50,115 nucleotides of DNA. Source: a virus (Duplodnaviria > Caudoviricetes). The first letter of the stretch is position 1; each line of letters starts with the position of its first letter. The position numbers and the translations under genes are program-made. Below the pieces are notes generated by a model. It was not told where the DNA came from. It saw only the letters and a program-made list of their open reading frames with translations, and did no database searches. Below, in pieces: positions 1 to 9,507 of this stretch. Location of the stretch: positions 1 through 50,115 of the IMG/VR virus record IMGVR_UViG_3300037704_000074. One strand, 5' to 3'.

Positions 1-248
1 CCGAGGTCAACGCCTGGACTCGGAACTTCCACCAGGTGGCGTTCATCGCCGTGTACACCGGCCACGCCGACATTCTGACGATGATCCGGTGTCCGAACGG
101 GTTCCGCGACCGCCACTGGTGGACCGACTCTGGCCCGCGTTTCCGCTACGTCGTTTACGGCGTGCCGGGTGGAATGCGCTGCGTGCAGCGGTTCGTTGTT
201 GATCTTTCAAGCAACAACTACGTCGGAGCCGCGGTCGCGGCCCAATAG
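1..248 (+). CDS. 3' part of secreted hypothetical protein (full copy at 49585-49938)
   Basis: Same translation as the C-terminal part of 49585-49938. Confidence 0.75.
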   Translation, partial: EVNAWTRNFHQVAFIAVYTGHADILTMIRCPNGFRDRHWWTDSGPRFRYVVYGVPGGMRCVQRFVVDLSSNNYVGAAVAAQ

Positions 249-262
249 CCCAGACATAGATT

Positions 263-296
263 GAGCCCGGACCCCGCGTGCACAGGGCCCGGGCTC
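263..296. terminator. Hairpin at the convergence of the two transcription arms; probable bidirectional terminator
   Basis: GAGCCCGGACCC-N10-GGG(C/T)CCGGGCTC between convergent stop codons at 248 and 333; perfect 12-bp stem in the copy at 49953-49986. Confidence 0.7.
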
Positions 297-332
297 TAGT
301 CTTCCGGATTGGTCTCCAGGGGAGGGGCGACC

Positions 333-566
333 TTAGCCGGAAGATCCTGGGTAGGTCGGCGTCTTAGGCGCCCCAAGCAGCCAACCCAGTGCCGGCCAGC
401 GACTCTCAAGGAGCCGGACGATCAGGTAGTAGGCGGCCGTCAGCAGCGCCGAGAAGGCCGCCACGGCCTGGTCCGACAGCGTGGCCGGCAGCAGCCCCCA
501 GGCGATCAGGAACCCGACCGCCACCGGCACCCATGTCCGGATCAGCGACAATACGAAACTGGACAT
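333..566 (-). CDS. Holin-like membrane protein
   Basis: 77 aa, two hydrophobic segments, 'IRTWVP...YY.IVRLLE.RWP.LGWLLG...P.Y' pattern typical of actinophage holins; last gene of the lysis cluster. Confidence 0.75.
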   Translation of the reverse strand: MSSFVLSLIRTWVPVAVGFLIAWGLLPATLSDQAVAAFSALLTAAYYLIVRLLESRWPALGWLLGAPKTPTYPGSSG

Positions 567-578
567 CTCTTCTCCCTT

Positions 579-1181
579 CTAACACGGCGCCGGCGTATGA
601 CCCGGCGGTGGACTGCACGGTGGGAATGATGCGGTGCGCGTGACGGTGATCGTGGTTGTGACCGTGACCGCCGGGGGGACGGTCGGGGCGGGGGACGCGT
701 TCTCCTCGCCGAGGACCAGGCCCTCGTTGAACGCGACGGACAGGGCGTTGGCCATCCTCACCGTGGGTCCACGAAAGAGGGCCTCACAGTCCGTAAACCG
801 ATCTCCGACGTCTCCATAGCACCGGTCGGCCCCCCGGCCGCCGGCGAGGACGTCGTTCGGCTTTCCGTCGACGGCGAAGAGCTGGTCCCGGCCCTTCCCG
901 CCCTTGAGGTTGTCCGCCCCCTTCCCCCCGACGATCGTATCTCGCCCCGAGTCGCCGAAGAGCCGGTCGCCACCCTTCGCGCCGGAGACGTAATCCCGGC
1001 CCTGGCGGGCGCAGATCACGTCGTTCCCCAGGGTACCACTGAGCGTATCCGCCATCGGCGTGCCGAGCTTCGTGCATTCGGACGGAGGCGGGGAGGCGGG
1101 AGCGGGAGCGGGAGCCGACGCGACGACGGCGACGATCGAGAGCAGCGATAGCGCGGACGACAGGATCAGAATTCGGCGCAT
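579..1181 (-). CDS. Secreted protein with RTX/hemolysin-type Ca-binding repeats and Thr/Pro-rich tail
   Basis: Signal-peptide-like N-terminus; repeats GTLGND, GAKGGD, GDSGRD, GGKGAD, GGKGRD, GGRGAD. Confidence 0.8.
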   Translation of the reverse strand: MRRILILSSALSLLSIVAVVASAPAPAPASPPPSECTKLGTPMADTLSGTLGNDVICARQGRDYVSGAKGGDRLFGDSGRDTIVGGKGADNLKGGKGRDQLFAVDGKPNDVLAGGRGADRCYGDVGDRFTDCEALFRGPTVRMANALSVAFNEGLVLGEENASPAPTVPPAVTVTTTITVTRTASFPPCSPPPGHTPAPC

Positions 1182-1444
1182 TCTTCGGGCACCTCCGGGA
1201 GAGCGATTCGCGGCGGGATATCGACGGGCAGGCCGAGCGAGTCGGCGATGCGGACGAGCAGGATCCGGTTCGCCTGGATCCCTCGCGCCTCGATCAGGCC
1301 GGTTTCGAGCGTCGCGCAGGTGATCTCGAACTGTACCCGCTGCTGGCTCCTGTTGATGAGGAGGATCACTCCGGTCGGGGCGGCGACGGCGCCGAAGACG
1401 AGCACGAAGACCAGGATGAGCACCGTCCGGCGGAGCCGCGCAAT
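1166..1444 (-). CDS. Membrane protein in lysis cluster (start uncertain, possibly ATT at 1444)
   Basis: Hydrophobic segment VLILVFVLVFGAVAAPTGVILLI; lies between lysis genes. Confidence 0.6.
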   Translation of the reverse strand: MARLRRTVLILVFVLVFGAVAAPTGVILLINRSQQRVQFEITCATLETGLIEARGIQANRILLVRIADSLGLPVDIPPRIALPEVPEECAEF

Positions 1445-1455
1445 CGTCCCGTTCC

Positions 1456-1617
1456 CTACTGAGTGACCATTACGAAGACGCTCGAGATCGCGGACGAGAG
1501 GATCGCTCCCGCCATTGCCCCCAGGAGCAGCCGGCGCAGCCACTTCAGCTCGTCCCGGACTTCGTCGCGGAAGTCCACGAAATCCCTGACGATCTCGGCC
1601 AGCGTCCAATCATCCAC
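1456..1617 (-). CDS. Small membrane protein (coiled coil plus C-terminal TM; XhlA/holin-like)
   Basis: Not in ORF track; GTG start after GAGGAG; MDDWTLAEIVRDFVDFRDEVRDELKWLRRLLLGAMAGAILSSAISSVFVMVTQ. Confidence 0.65.
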   Translation of the reverse strand: MDDWTLAEIVRDFVDFRDEVRDELKWLRRLLLGAMAGAILSSAISSVFVMVTQ

Positions 1618-1626
1618 CTCATCTCC

Positions 1627-2283
1627 TCACGGGCTGCATGCTTGGCCTCCGAGGACGTCGATGTGATCGTGGTAGTGGGCGGTGCCCGTGTATTCGTGCT
1701 CGCCCTGGCCCGGCGTCCAGATCCGCCGGAGCCAGATCACCGTCTGCGCCCTCCAGACGCCGGCCTTGGTCTTGTCGATCGTGAAGTGCGCGACCTCGGC
1801 CAGGCCTGCCTCGTCTTCGGGGAAGATGTCCTCCGCCGCGCCGTGCCACCCGTTCGGGTCGGGCTTGAAGTACCCGTGCCGAGAGACTGTGCTGGAGCCG
1901 TCGACGTTGCGACACAGCCACCGACCGGCGGACCGGAGCTGGCCTTTGAACTGCTCCCACAGCCCGTAGTGGATCTGCTCCAATGCCGGCGCGCAACCTA
2001 GACCGACGGACTCACGCTCGACCTCGCGGATCGAGAGCTGGCCCATATCCCGCTGGCGCTGCACGATCAGCTTCGGCCCGACGCCCATCCTGGACATCCG
2101 GGTACGGAGTCGCTCGATGGCGTCCTTTTCCCTGCGCCACGGCCCGAACTCCCCGCCGGCCTCCCGGATCCGAGCCCGCTCGCCCTGGCGGACGAACCCA
2201 CGAACGCGCTCCAGCGCCTCCGCCTGCGTCTGGACCCGAGGCATCTCGGCCTCGGGGAATCGAGCAGTGATGAACTCGGTCAT
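1627..2283 (-). CDS. Putative endolysin, M15-like Zn peptidase domain
   Basis: C-terminal R..SRH..A.D..H.DH pattern resembling LAS/M15 metallopeptidases; lysis cluster position. Confidence 0.55.
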   Translation of the reverse strand: MTEFITARFPEAEMPRVQTQAEALERVRGFVRQGERARIREAGGEFGPWRREKDAIERLRTRMSRMGVGPKLIVQRQRDMGQLSIREVERESVGLGCAPALEQIHYGLWEQFKGQLRSAGRWLCRNVDGSSTVSRHGYFKPDPNGWHGAAEDIFPEDEAGLAEVAHFTIDKTKAGVWRAQTVIWLRRIWTPGQGEHEYTGTAHYHDHIDVLGGQACSP

Positions 2284-2990
2284 AACCCCTCCCTCGGCAA
2301 CTCGTGGATCAGCACCGCGTCGCCCCAGCCCTCGAATATCAACTTCTCCAGGTCGGCGATCCTAAACCGCGCAGTGCCGTGATCAGCCCAACCAATCCCC
2401 CACGAATTCTTCATTCGGTAGTAGGGCTCGCTCCCGTCCTCCGGGTCGAGGTCGAGCTTGTTCACGACGAACTCATGCCCACCCCGGACGGTCGAGGAGT
2501 AGTTGATGCGCATGTAGACATGACCGCCGATCTCAATCGGACTGTCCATCGACGTGTACCAGTTGGAGCCGACGCACACGGGCCCGAGTTCGAGCAGCGT
2601 GTAGCGCAGATCTTCGGGGCCGGCGTTCCAGTTTGCCACCCATTCGTACCGATCGATCGCTCCGCGGCGCAGCAGGGCCTGACAGGCCGAGACCGCAGAC
2701 GTGCCCTTATCCAACGACGTGTCCGGAGTTCCCCAGTACAGCGCCGAAGCCTCCAGATAAAGCTTGACGGCGTCGTCCTCCGTGATACCCTCGATCCGAA
2801 CCGGGCCGTCTGCTCGCCGGTGCATGAAGGCATTGCCGACGCAGGTTCCGGTGGCGCCCTGGTCCAGCCACGCGCCTTTCTGGTACCAGTTGCGGCGCAC
2901 GCGGTCGGTCGTGGCGGATCGAACTGGGTATAGCGCGGCGGCCCGCGGTGTCTCCGGGTCCAGGAGCCGACCGAGTCCGTTCTCACTCAT
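2280..2990 (-). CDS. Papain-like (C1) cysteine peptidase, probable lysin
   Basis: LDQGATGTCVGNA (Gln/Cys), GGHE (His), KNSWG.GW...G (Asn). Confidence 0.85.
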   Translation of the reverse strand: MSENGLGRLLDPETPRAAALYPVRSATTDRVRRNWYQKGAWLDQGATGTCVGNAFMHRRADGPVRIEGITEDDAVKLYLEASALYWGTPDTSLDKGTSAVSACQALLRRGAIDRYEWVANWNAGPEDLRYTLLELGPVCVGSNWYTSMDSPIEIGGHVYMRINYSSTVRGGHEFVVNKLDLDPEDGSEPYYRMKNSWGIGWADHGTARFRIADLEKLIFEGWGDAVLIHELPREGL

Positions 2991-3154
2991 TGTGGTTCCT
3001 CCTGTTCGGTGATCTCAACGCGAGTCATATGACAAGCCTCGATCCAGGCCTCGGCGACCTCGCGCGTCGCGAACCGCATTGGCTCCGGGCCGTTTCCCAG
3101 ATCGGCTTCGATCGGGAGGTGGCTGTCCTGCCTGACAATTACGTAGTTCGCCAC
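2987..3154 (-). CDS. Hypothetical protein (55 aa)
   Basis: Not in ORF track; GTG start after AAAGGGG; stop overlaps the next start (ATGA). Confidence 0.55.
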   Translation of the reverse strand: MANYVIVRQDSHLPIEADLGNGPEPMRFATREVAEAWIEACHMTRVEITEQEEPQ

Positions 3155-3164
3155 CGGGCCCCCT

Positions 3165-3926
3165 TTATGGACGAGTGATATCGACCTGGATCGCGACCAT
3201 CGTTACCGCACCCGATGTCGAGACGAGCTGAACCTCAATATCGTCGCCAAGTGCTAGAGTTTGGTTCTGGTTGACGGTCGCTGCTTGCCAGGCGTTCGGG
3301 GTCGAGTTCGTGAAGTTCGAGGAACAGAAGTTCGAGGTCTGGTTCTTACGAGCGTTGATCACGCAGTTGGTGCCCGCGTCGAAGTGCGATCGAACCGCGG
3401 CAACCGTGCCGGCGTACGGCGCGCGCCAGATCATCCGGAATCCGTTGGCAGGGGGCGCCCCCGTGAGCAGGATGCCCGCGGTGAAGGTGAAGGATCGAAT
3501 AAACACTCGCTTGTCGACGATCTGATTCGTGGCAATTTCTGTGTCCGCAGCCGGAACATAGACCTCGGCGAGTGCAGCGACGTTGGATGCAACAACGGGT
3601 TTGACAGGTTGCGCCGCTGGCGTACCGGCGAGACACGACTTGACCCCCGCACCATCGACGATAATGACATCTTTGCGAGGCAGCGTGGCGTGCGCAGTCG
3701 TGATCGTCACATTACCGGCAGCGACCGCAACCATCACATAGGCGACCAGCGCCGTCCCAACTGCGACTGCGACCGTCATATCCGGAGTGCCCTGCGCGGT
3801 CACGGCGCACCCCGAAGACACTCCGCTGCCCAAGTGGCCCCAGTTCAGGATGTCGATATCGGTGGCGTCGGGCTCGGCCTGATCGGGAAAGGCGACCGAC
3901 CCAGCGTTCGGAATCGTGAATGCGAT
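3165..3926 (-). CDS. Minor tail protein (probable ATC start)
   Basis: 'GCAVTAQGTPDMTVAVAVG...PRKDVI...LAEVYVPA...I.DKR' typical of actinophage minor tail proteins; SD-like AAGGGGGG upstream of ATC GCA TTC ACG. Confidence 0.75.
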   Translation of the reverse strand: MAFTIPNAGSVAFPDQAEPDATDIDILNWGHLGSGVSSGCAVTAQGTPDMTVAVAVGTALVAYVMVAVAAGNVTITTAHATLPRKDVIIVDGAGVKSCLAGTPAAQPVKPVVASNVAALAEVYVPAADTEIATNQIVDKRVFIRSFTFTAGILLTGAPPANGFRMIWRAPYAGTVAAVRSHFDAGTNCVINARKNQTSNFCSSNFTNSTPNAWQAATVNQNQTLALGDDIEVQLVSTSGAVTMVAIQVDITRP

Positions 3927-3940
3927 AGCTACTGCCCCCC

Positions 3941-5581
3941 TTAGGTCGCCACGTGACGAAGCGAAACGGCATCGAAGTAAACAGGATGGGGCGCGTCCCA
4001 CTCATGGACTTGCATTTGGACGCCCGCGTAGGCGGCATTCACCGGCGCGGTCATTTCCTTCTCGGCGTACACCCACTCAGTTGAAAATCCCTGTGCGGCG
4101 CCGTATTGGAAGGTCAGGAGCGATCCGCCCGAGGTCCAGAACTCGATGTAGACGAAGGGTTCCACCGTCCCGAAGTAGGATCGGGTCCACCCGGAGACCC
4201 GGTAAGTCTGCCCAACGGTGACCGGCACTGTCGTGTAGGGCGTTGTCCGAACACCCCCATAAACCTCACCGCCCCCAGAACTGGAGCATTCGAGACAGAA
4301 ACTCCCCAGGAACGGGACTGACCCGCCGGCCAAGCCGACGATGGAGAAACTTCCAGGCGGAGATACCGTTGCCAGAGCCCAACCCGACGTGTCGGTCTCC
4401 ATGCTCGCCTGGTTCTCGGTCAACAAATTCGGATTCGAGACAACCTCGAGCGGCGGCGACAGGTTGAAGACGATATTCCAATCCTTGAGTGATGGGACAT
4501 CGAGCGAGATCCCCTGAATCACGGATTCTTGCTCAATCGTTCCGCCGTATATCGGTCGGTTCCGGACAAGGACGCGGTCGCCGATCTCTTTACGCAGGAT
4601 CTCGTTCCAACTGCTCGTCGGGCTCCCGATTCGCAACGATCCAACACGACGAGACGGAACGGAGTAGGTATCGCGGACTGATGCCGCGAGGTCGGCCATT
4701 TCCGAAGTGGTCGACAGTAGCGACGAGATCGGAAGGTCGGCGCGACCATACTCAGCTTGCGAAGCCGTATCCTGCCGAATCTGATCGGCGAGCGCGGGGG
4801 CGGACACAGTGATTGTGTTGTAAATCTCCGTGTCGTCATCATCAAACTTGATCGCCTTGTACCGCTCCTCGCCTTCCACATCCCCGAATATGATATCGGC
4901 GTCCGGGGCATAGTCAGCACCCCGAAAGATCGCGCGCCCATCCGCACCAATGAAGAACACGCCCCCCTCGGATTCCGCCACTTGGACGAGGTAGTCGTAG
5001 CGCCCGAGCAGTCCGTCCTCCTGCTGCACGGTTCGGAGCCCCGGCGTGATCTCTCGGCCGTCGAGCCAGAAGGGCGTCGTCCCATTGAGCACCTCGTTGA
5101 CGCGCGTCCCCGTCAGTACGGCGCCCGACCCGTATCCGGTCAGGGACCGATCCCGATTTAGGAGCTTCGAGGAGTCGACGAGCGACCAGGCAACGTACGA
5201 GTCGGCGTTCTCGACAAACTCCATCGGCCCGCCTTCGGTCCGCCCGAGGAACAGCGGGATATAAGCGTTCGACCCGGCGGCCCAGGCGTCGCCTCCGCCA
5301 ATCGCCGACTGCCCAATCGTGAAGGCCGTGCCCGGACTCGGCACGATCGCATAGAGCCGGAAGCGCCTCGCCGGCCGAAGGTTGGGGTAGAACGGCGAGC
5401 TGGGATTATCGCGATCGAAGACCCCGTCTCGATTGTCGAACACCACAGTCCCGGTACCGGCGCCCATGCGCGCGCGCTCGCGCGGCCTACCCCGGTTGGT
5501 AGTGAATCGGCGAAGCCACGGGAACACATCCTGCCAGACAGAATTGATATACATCTGAGCCCGCACGCCCGGGTACGCCAT
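3941..5581 (-). CDS. Tail tip / minor tail protein with C-terminal carbohydrate-binding-like domain
   Basis: Follows tape measure; 'RGR...GTGTVVFDNRDG.F', 'QVAESEGG.FFI.ADG...F', C-terminal 'NLLTENQASMETDTSGW...VTVGQTY.VSGW' (CBM4/9-like). Confidence 0.8.
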   Translation of the reverse strand: MAYPGVRAQMYINSVWQDVFPWLRRFTTNRGRPRERARMGAGTGTVVFDNRDGVFDRDNPSSPFYPNLRPARRFRLYAIVPSPGTAFTIGQSAIGGGDAWAAGSNAYIPLFLGRTEGGPMEFVENADSYVAWSLVDSSKLLNRDRSLTGYGSGAVLTGTRVNEVLNGTTPFWLDGREITPGLRTVQQEDGLLGRYDYLVQVAESEGGVFFIGADGRAIFRGADYAPDADIIFGDVEGEERYKAIKFDDDDTEIYNTITVSAPALADQIRQDTASQAEYGRADLPISSLLSTTSEMADLAASVRDTYSVPSRRVGSLRIGSPTSSWNEILRKEIGDRVLVRNRPIYGGTIEQESVIQGISLDVPSLKDWNIVFNLSPPLEVVSNPNLLTENQASMETDTSGWALATVSPPGSFSIVGLAGGSVPFLGSFCLECSSSGGGEVYGGVRTTPYTTVPVTVGQTYRVSGWTRSYFGTVEPFVYIEFWTSGGSLLTFQYGAAQGFSTEWVYAEKEMTAPVNAAYAGVQMQVHEWDAPHPVYFDAVSLRHVAT

Positions 5582-5584
5582 TGC

Positions 5585-8476
5585 CTAGGTCCTCACCGCT
5601 CCATTGAGGATCGCCCCATGCCGCTGCAGGCGCGCGGTCAGCTCACGCTCAATCTTGTCAACCACGTCCTGGCCCGTCACGTCACCGTTGACGTTGATCG
5701 TGATCCCGCCTCCAGCGCCATCCGGTAGGATCTGCTCGCCGCGATGGATCACAGCAAGTCCCGACTCCGCCACCCAACCCCCAGTCTGGGCGTGTGGCGC
5801 GTTCTTTCCGCCGGACGCGCTGTTCATCGCGTTGGTCAACCGATCGATCGCCTTCAGGAAATCGCGCGTCTTATCGTTCAACTCGGGCACGGGGATGTGG
5901 TTGATGAACCGCCGCAGGTTGCGGATCATGTCGTCCAGATCGTTCCCGAGTCGCTCGATCTTGCGGCCGAACGCCGCGGTCGTCAGCTTCTCGGCGGTCG
6001 CCTGCGTCACGTCGGCGATCGTTCGCTGCGTTTGATTCATCTGCTCGATCAGATCGGTATTCGCGAGCAGTGCGTTGGCGACGGCCTGACCTGCCGGCCC
6101 CATCTCCGCAATCTGTCGAATGTTGGCTGTTGACAGGCCCTCGCGCTGCAGGCGCTTGAGCGAGTCGGCGAATGCGCTCGCGGCTGCGACCTGTTGCTCA
6201 AGAAACGCCGACAGGTCAACAGCAGTCGGGGCTACAGGCACCGCCGGAGGCGCCTGTAGTCGTCTCTCGGCAAACGCAAGATTCTGATAGTCGCGCAGCT
6301 CCTTCGCGTACTCGGCCTGGGCCTCAGCATATGCCTGCTGCTCATTCGCGAAGTCCGAGAGTGCGCTGCCAATACCCCCCGCAAGATCGGCGAAGGTAGC
6401 GAATCCGGATCGGATCGCCTTGCGGAATTCGTTGGCCTTATCCTTGAGCTGATCAAACTGCTTGCCCAGACCTTCAAGGTCGCGCCGGTACGCCTTGAGC
6501 TGATCCAACTCTCCGGTCCCGAGAGCGTGGATTCCGATCTCCCAATCAGTCCCCGTTAGCGTGTCGAGTGCCTTCGTCAACTGCTCGATCAGCACGCTGG
6601 GAATTGGCGACCCTGAGACCTCCTTCGCGTGAACCCGTATCTCGTAGTCGTGCGCGACCAACGTGTTCACGTGGTCCTGAATCTTCGCGATGTCCGTCAG
6701 CGCCGGCCCGGTCTCGGCCTTGACCGTGACCCTCACGGACCCGGGGATCAGGTTCAACTCGTCGATAACGCCGCGGATATCCCCCTTGGTCAAGTGCATC
6801 TCCGCACCGAGTGCCTGCACCTGCCGGACGACTCGCCGGTGGGAGGTCCCCGCCTCGTCGAGGCCCCTTGCGTAGTCGCGCAAGTCGTTCTTCGCAGCAA
6901 GCGTTGCCTCCAGCTCTTGCAGGACTGCATCGCGGTAAGCCTCCGTATCCTGCTTGCCGTGGCGGCGAAGACGATTCACCTCCTGCTGCGCCGACTGGAG
7001 CTGGTCGGCCGAGTCGAGGACGGCGAAGAGCGGATCGATCAGTGCGAGTTCAGCGCGGCGCTGCGATCTTGCGGCCTCAGCGGCGTCGTTGTGACCCCGC
7101 GCGACGCCGTGCAGGGCGTCGGCAGCGCTCCCGTAAACGCTCTTCGATTCCGCGTACCGCGCGCGGAGTCGGTTCGCTTGCGTGCCATTCCACGCCGCGG
7201 CGGTGGCGTTGAGGTCCATCGCGCCAGTAGTGCGCTCGATCTGCCCCGTCGCCTCGCGCCAAGCCTCCTGGAAGCGCCCGATCGGATGACGAACGGCTTC
7301 GAGCGGGTTCGCTAGAGTCTGCAGCCCCTCGATAAGTCCGCCAACGGAAAAGCCCGCGCTGTCCGATCCCGTTCCGATCTCCGGGAGCAGGTCGAGGAAG
7401 TCCTCGACCGGCCCGAAAATATCAGCGATCGAACCTGCGACCTCCTCAGCCGATTCGACGATCAGCGGGAAGACGACAGTCGCCAGTTCCTGCCCGGCGA
7501 TCATAATGTCGTTCAGCGCCTTCGCGAATCGGAACGAGAGGGACTCCTGCGTCTTCTCGAAAGCGTCGTTGAGCGCCCCCGTCGAGTTCTCGACGTTGTC
7601 GAAGATCGCGTCGACCTTCGAGGCCTCCTGAACGGTCAGACCGAAGACGCCAGTCAGCGCGCGCACGTTCGGGACGATCTTGCGCAGGATCCCGTTGTAC
7701 GCGGCCTGGGTGTCCGTCTGCTTCTTCGCCGCCTGATCGAGGAGCCGAAGGGCGCCAATGATTCCGTCTTCGGAGATCGCGTCGAGGAGGTCTTGCGCCG
7801 AGAGGCCGAGCTGATTCATCGCATCCGCCGCCTGCGTACCCGGCGCGGCAATCGCCTGGAGGACCCCGCGCATCGCAGTGACACCCTCATTGACATCGAG
7901 GCCGATATTGGAAAGCGCCGCCATCGAGGCCGCGACCTGGTCGAAGGTCACTCCGACCGTCGACGCGATTGGGAGGATCCGGCCGAGCGCGGTTGCGAAC
8001 TCCTCCGGCTCCGCGCGGCCTTCCCGGACCGCGGCAACGAGAGTATCCGTCGCCTCGGCGGCGGTCAACCCGGACTTCGAGTAGGCGTTGAGCGCCGACG
8101 CGACGATGTTCGCGACGTCGGCGGTCTCCCCGAGACCGATCGCCGAAGCCTGCGCCGAACGCTGCAGGGCGGGCATGACCTCGTTCGCCTTCAGGCCAGC
8201 GGATGAGAGGAAATAGAGAGCGTCGGCGAGTTCAGTCGGCGCCTGCGCGGTCTCGCCCGCGAGCGTGATGACCTGATCCCGCCATTGCGCAATATCCTCA
8301 GCCGAGGCGTTCGAGATCGCCGCGATCTTCGTGAATGCGACGTCGTAGTCACGGGCAGCCTTGACCGACGCCGCGGCGAACGCGGCCACGGCAGCCCCAG
8401 CGAGCGCCATACCGCTCGCGAGAGGACCGACTTGGCTGACCACCTTGACAACGAGAGTTTGAACCTCAGTAGCTAT
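5585..8476 (-). CDS. Tape measure protein (TP901-like core; probable ATA start)
   Basis: ~960 aa, Ala-rich helical, 'ELADALYFLSSAG', C-terminal 'AQTGG.V...GLAVIH.GEQI'; follows tail assembly chaperones; SD AAAGGAG 6 nt before ATA GCT ACT GAG. Confidence 0.93.
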   Translation of the reverse strand: MATEVQTLVVKVVSQVGPLASGMALAGAAVAAFAAASVKAARDYDVAFTKIAAISNASAEDIAQWRDQVITLAGETAQAPTELADALYFLSSAGLKANEVMPALQRSAQASAIGLGETADVANIVASALNAYSKSGLTAAEATDTLVAAVREGRAEPEEFATALGRILPIASTVGVTFDQVAASMAALSNIGLDVNEGVTAMRGVLQAIAAPGTQAADAMNQLGLSAQDLLDAISEDGIIGALRLLDQAAKKQTDTQAAYNGILRKIVPNVRALTGVFGLTVQEASKVDAIFDNVENSTGALNDAFEKTQESLSFRFAKALNDIMIAGQELATVVFPLIVESAEEVAGSIADIFGPVEDFLDLLPEIGTGSDSAGFSVGGLIEGLQTLANPLEAVRHPIGRFQEAWREATGQIERTTGAMDLNATAAAWNGTQANRLRARYAESKSVYGSAADALHGVARGHNDAAEAARSQRRAELALIDPLFAVLDSADQLQSAQQEVNRLRRHGKQDTEAYRDAVLQELEATLAAKNDLRDYARGLDEAGTSHRRVVRQVQALGAEMHLTKGDIRGVIDELNLIPGSVRVTVKAETGPALTDIAKIQDHVNTLVAHDYEIRVHAKEVSGSPIPSVLIEQLTKALDTLTGTDWEIGIHALGTGELDQLKAYRRDLEGLGKQFDQLKDKANEFRKAIRSGFATFADLAGGIGSALSDFANEQQAYAEAQAEYAKELRDYQNLAFAERRLQAPPAVPVAPTAVDLSAFLEQQVAAASAFADSLKRLQREGLSTANIRQIAEMGPAGQAVANALLANTDLIEQMNQTQRTIADVTQATAEKLTTAAFGRKIERLGNDLDDMIRNLRRFINHIPVPELNDKTRDFLKAIDRLTNAMNSASGGKNAPHAQTGGWVAESGLAVIHRGEQILPDGAGGGITINVNGDVTGQDVVDKIERELTARLQRHGAILNGAVRT

Positions 8477-8775
8477 GGCTGACTCCTTTGTTTCTCCCGT
8501 GCCGCAAGTTCGAGACGGCGCTCCAGAGCATCGCCCCAACTGGGAGCGAAGTCCTCGGGGTCGACACCACGGGCGCCTCCCGCCTTCGCAGTGTAGAACG
8601 ATAGCGCGGTCTGCAGCGTATCAAGGCGTTCATGAATCGAGATCGGGCCGTAGGCCCGCTCGTATGCCTCCCACTCCGCGAGATCCGCACCGGTCACTTT
8701 GTTCTCGATCTCTGATGGTAGACGGCCCAGAGCGAGGGCTAGTCGGAAGAGCTGTCGGCGCCCTGGGCGGAACCG
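8473..8775 (-). CDS. Tail assembly chaperone, -1 frameshifted extension (gpGT-like)
   Basis: -1 frame after the slippery site reads RFRPGRRQLFRLALALGRLPSEIENKVTGADLAEWEAYE..., a typical gpT-like segment. Confidence 0.8.
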   Translation of the reverse strand, partial: RFRPGRRQLFRLALALGRLPSEIENKVTGADLAEWEAYERAYGPISIHERLDTLQTALSFYTAKAGGARGVDPEDFAPSWGDALERRLELAAREKQRSQP

Positions 8776-9134
8776 AAACCCTCCGCCACCACATCCACGG
8801 ACTCGACCTTCATCCCGGACAGACGACGTGAGATGTCCCAGAGCTTCTCGACCACCGCGCCGTCGACCTGCCCGAGCTTCTCGATGTCCTCGTCTGCGAA
8901 CATCCGCTCACCTGCCTCGTCGCAGACGCACCGAACGACAAGCGCCGCGCGGATGTTCGTCTGACTCTCCTTCGCCCGCATACGCCCGTCCGGTCCGGGC
9001 TCGATCAAGGACGACTCGTAATCGTCGCGCTCCTTCGCCGTTAGTCCCTTGACGAAGACCTTCCCATGTCCCGCGATCTCGACCGCCTCGATGTGCGGAA
9101 TGATCGCGAGCAGTTCGTCCTTCGAAAGCTCCAT
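8739..9134 (-). CDS. Tail assembly chaperone (gpG-like)
   Basis: 'V.VKGLTAKERDDYE...LVVRCVCDE.GER.F.DEDIEKL'; directly upstream of TMP. Confidence 0.85.
   Translation of the reverse strand: MELSKDELLAIIPHIEAVEIAGHGKVFVKGLTAKERDDYESSLIEPGPDGRMRAKESQTNIRAALVVRCVCDEAGERMFADEDIEKLGQVDGAVVEKLWDISRRLSGMKVESVDVVAEGFGSAQGADSSSD
8775..8781 (-). promoter_or_regulatory. -1 programmed frameshift slippery site G GGT TTC
   Basis: XXXYYYZ heptamer in the correct phase near the 3' end of the chaperone ORF, joining it to the downstream frame. Confidence 0.8.
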
Positions 9135-9153
9135 TTCTTCTCCCCTTTCCCCT

Positions 9154-9507
9154 TTATATTCGACCGAACAAAGAGACGGCCAACCTCAGGACGCCGTCCC
9201 CCGCCGCGTCCGCCGCATCCTCTGAATACGGCCGCGCTGGCATCTTCGAAGTCCCGAATTGGTAATAACGGTCGTATTCGACCGTCGCGCCGACCGACGC
9301 CGAGGACTCCTCGATGGAATCCTCTTGTTCGACGACGTCGATTGAGTCGCGCAGCCGGCCGGACAGAACCGGAGCGCGGGCGCGGAGTTCCTCCTTGACT
9401 ATCTCCGCGCCCTGCCCCACCAGAGCCATCCCTGCCACCTGTCCTGCGACTGCCATCGCCGTCAAACGAGCGACGCATTGCTCGGCGCCGATGACCGTTA
9501 GACTCAC
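9154..9507 (-). CDS. HK97 gp10-like neck/tail completion protein
   Basis: 'APVLSGRLRDSI...EY..Y.QFGTSKMPARPY'. Confidence 0.85.
   Translation of the reverse strand: MSLTVIGAEQCVARLTAMAVAGQVAGMALVGQGAEIVKEELRARAPVLSGRLRDSIDVVEQEDSIEESSASVGATVEYDRYYQFGTSKMPARPYSEDAADAAGDGVLRLAVSLFGRI

Larger units (their letters stand above)
1..425. repeat. Terminal direct repeat, left copy (circular overlap)
   Basis: 1-425 matches 49691-50115 with 7 substitutions (92, 197, 209, 254, 288, 310, 366). Confidence 0.97.
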
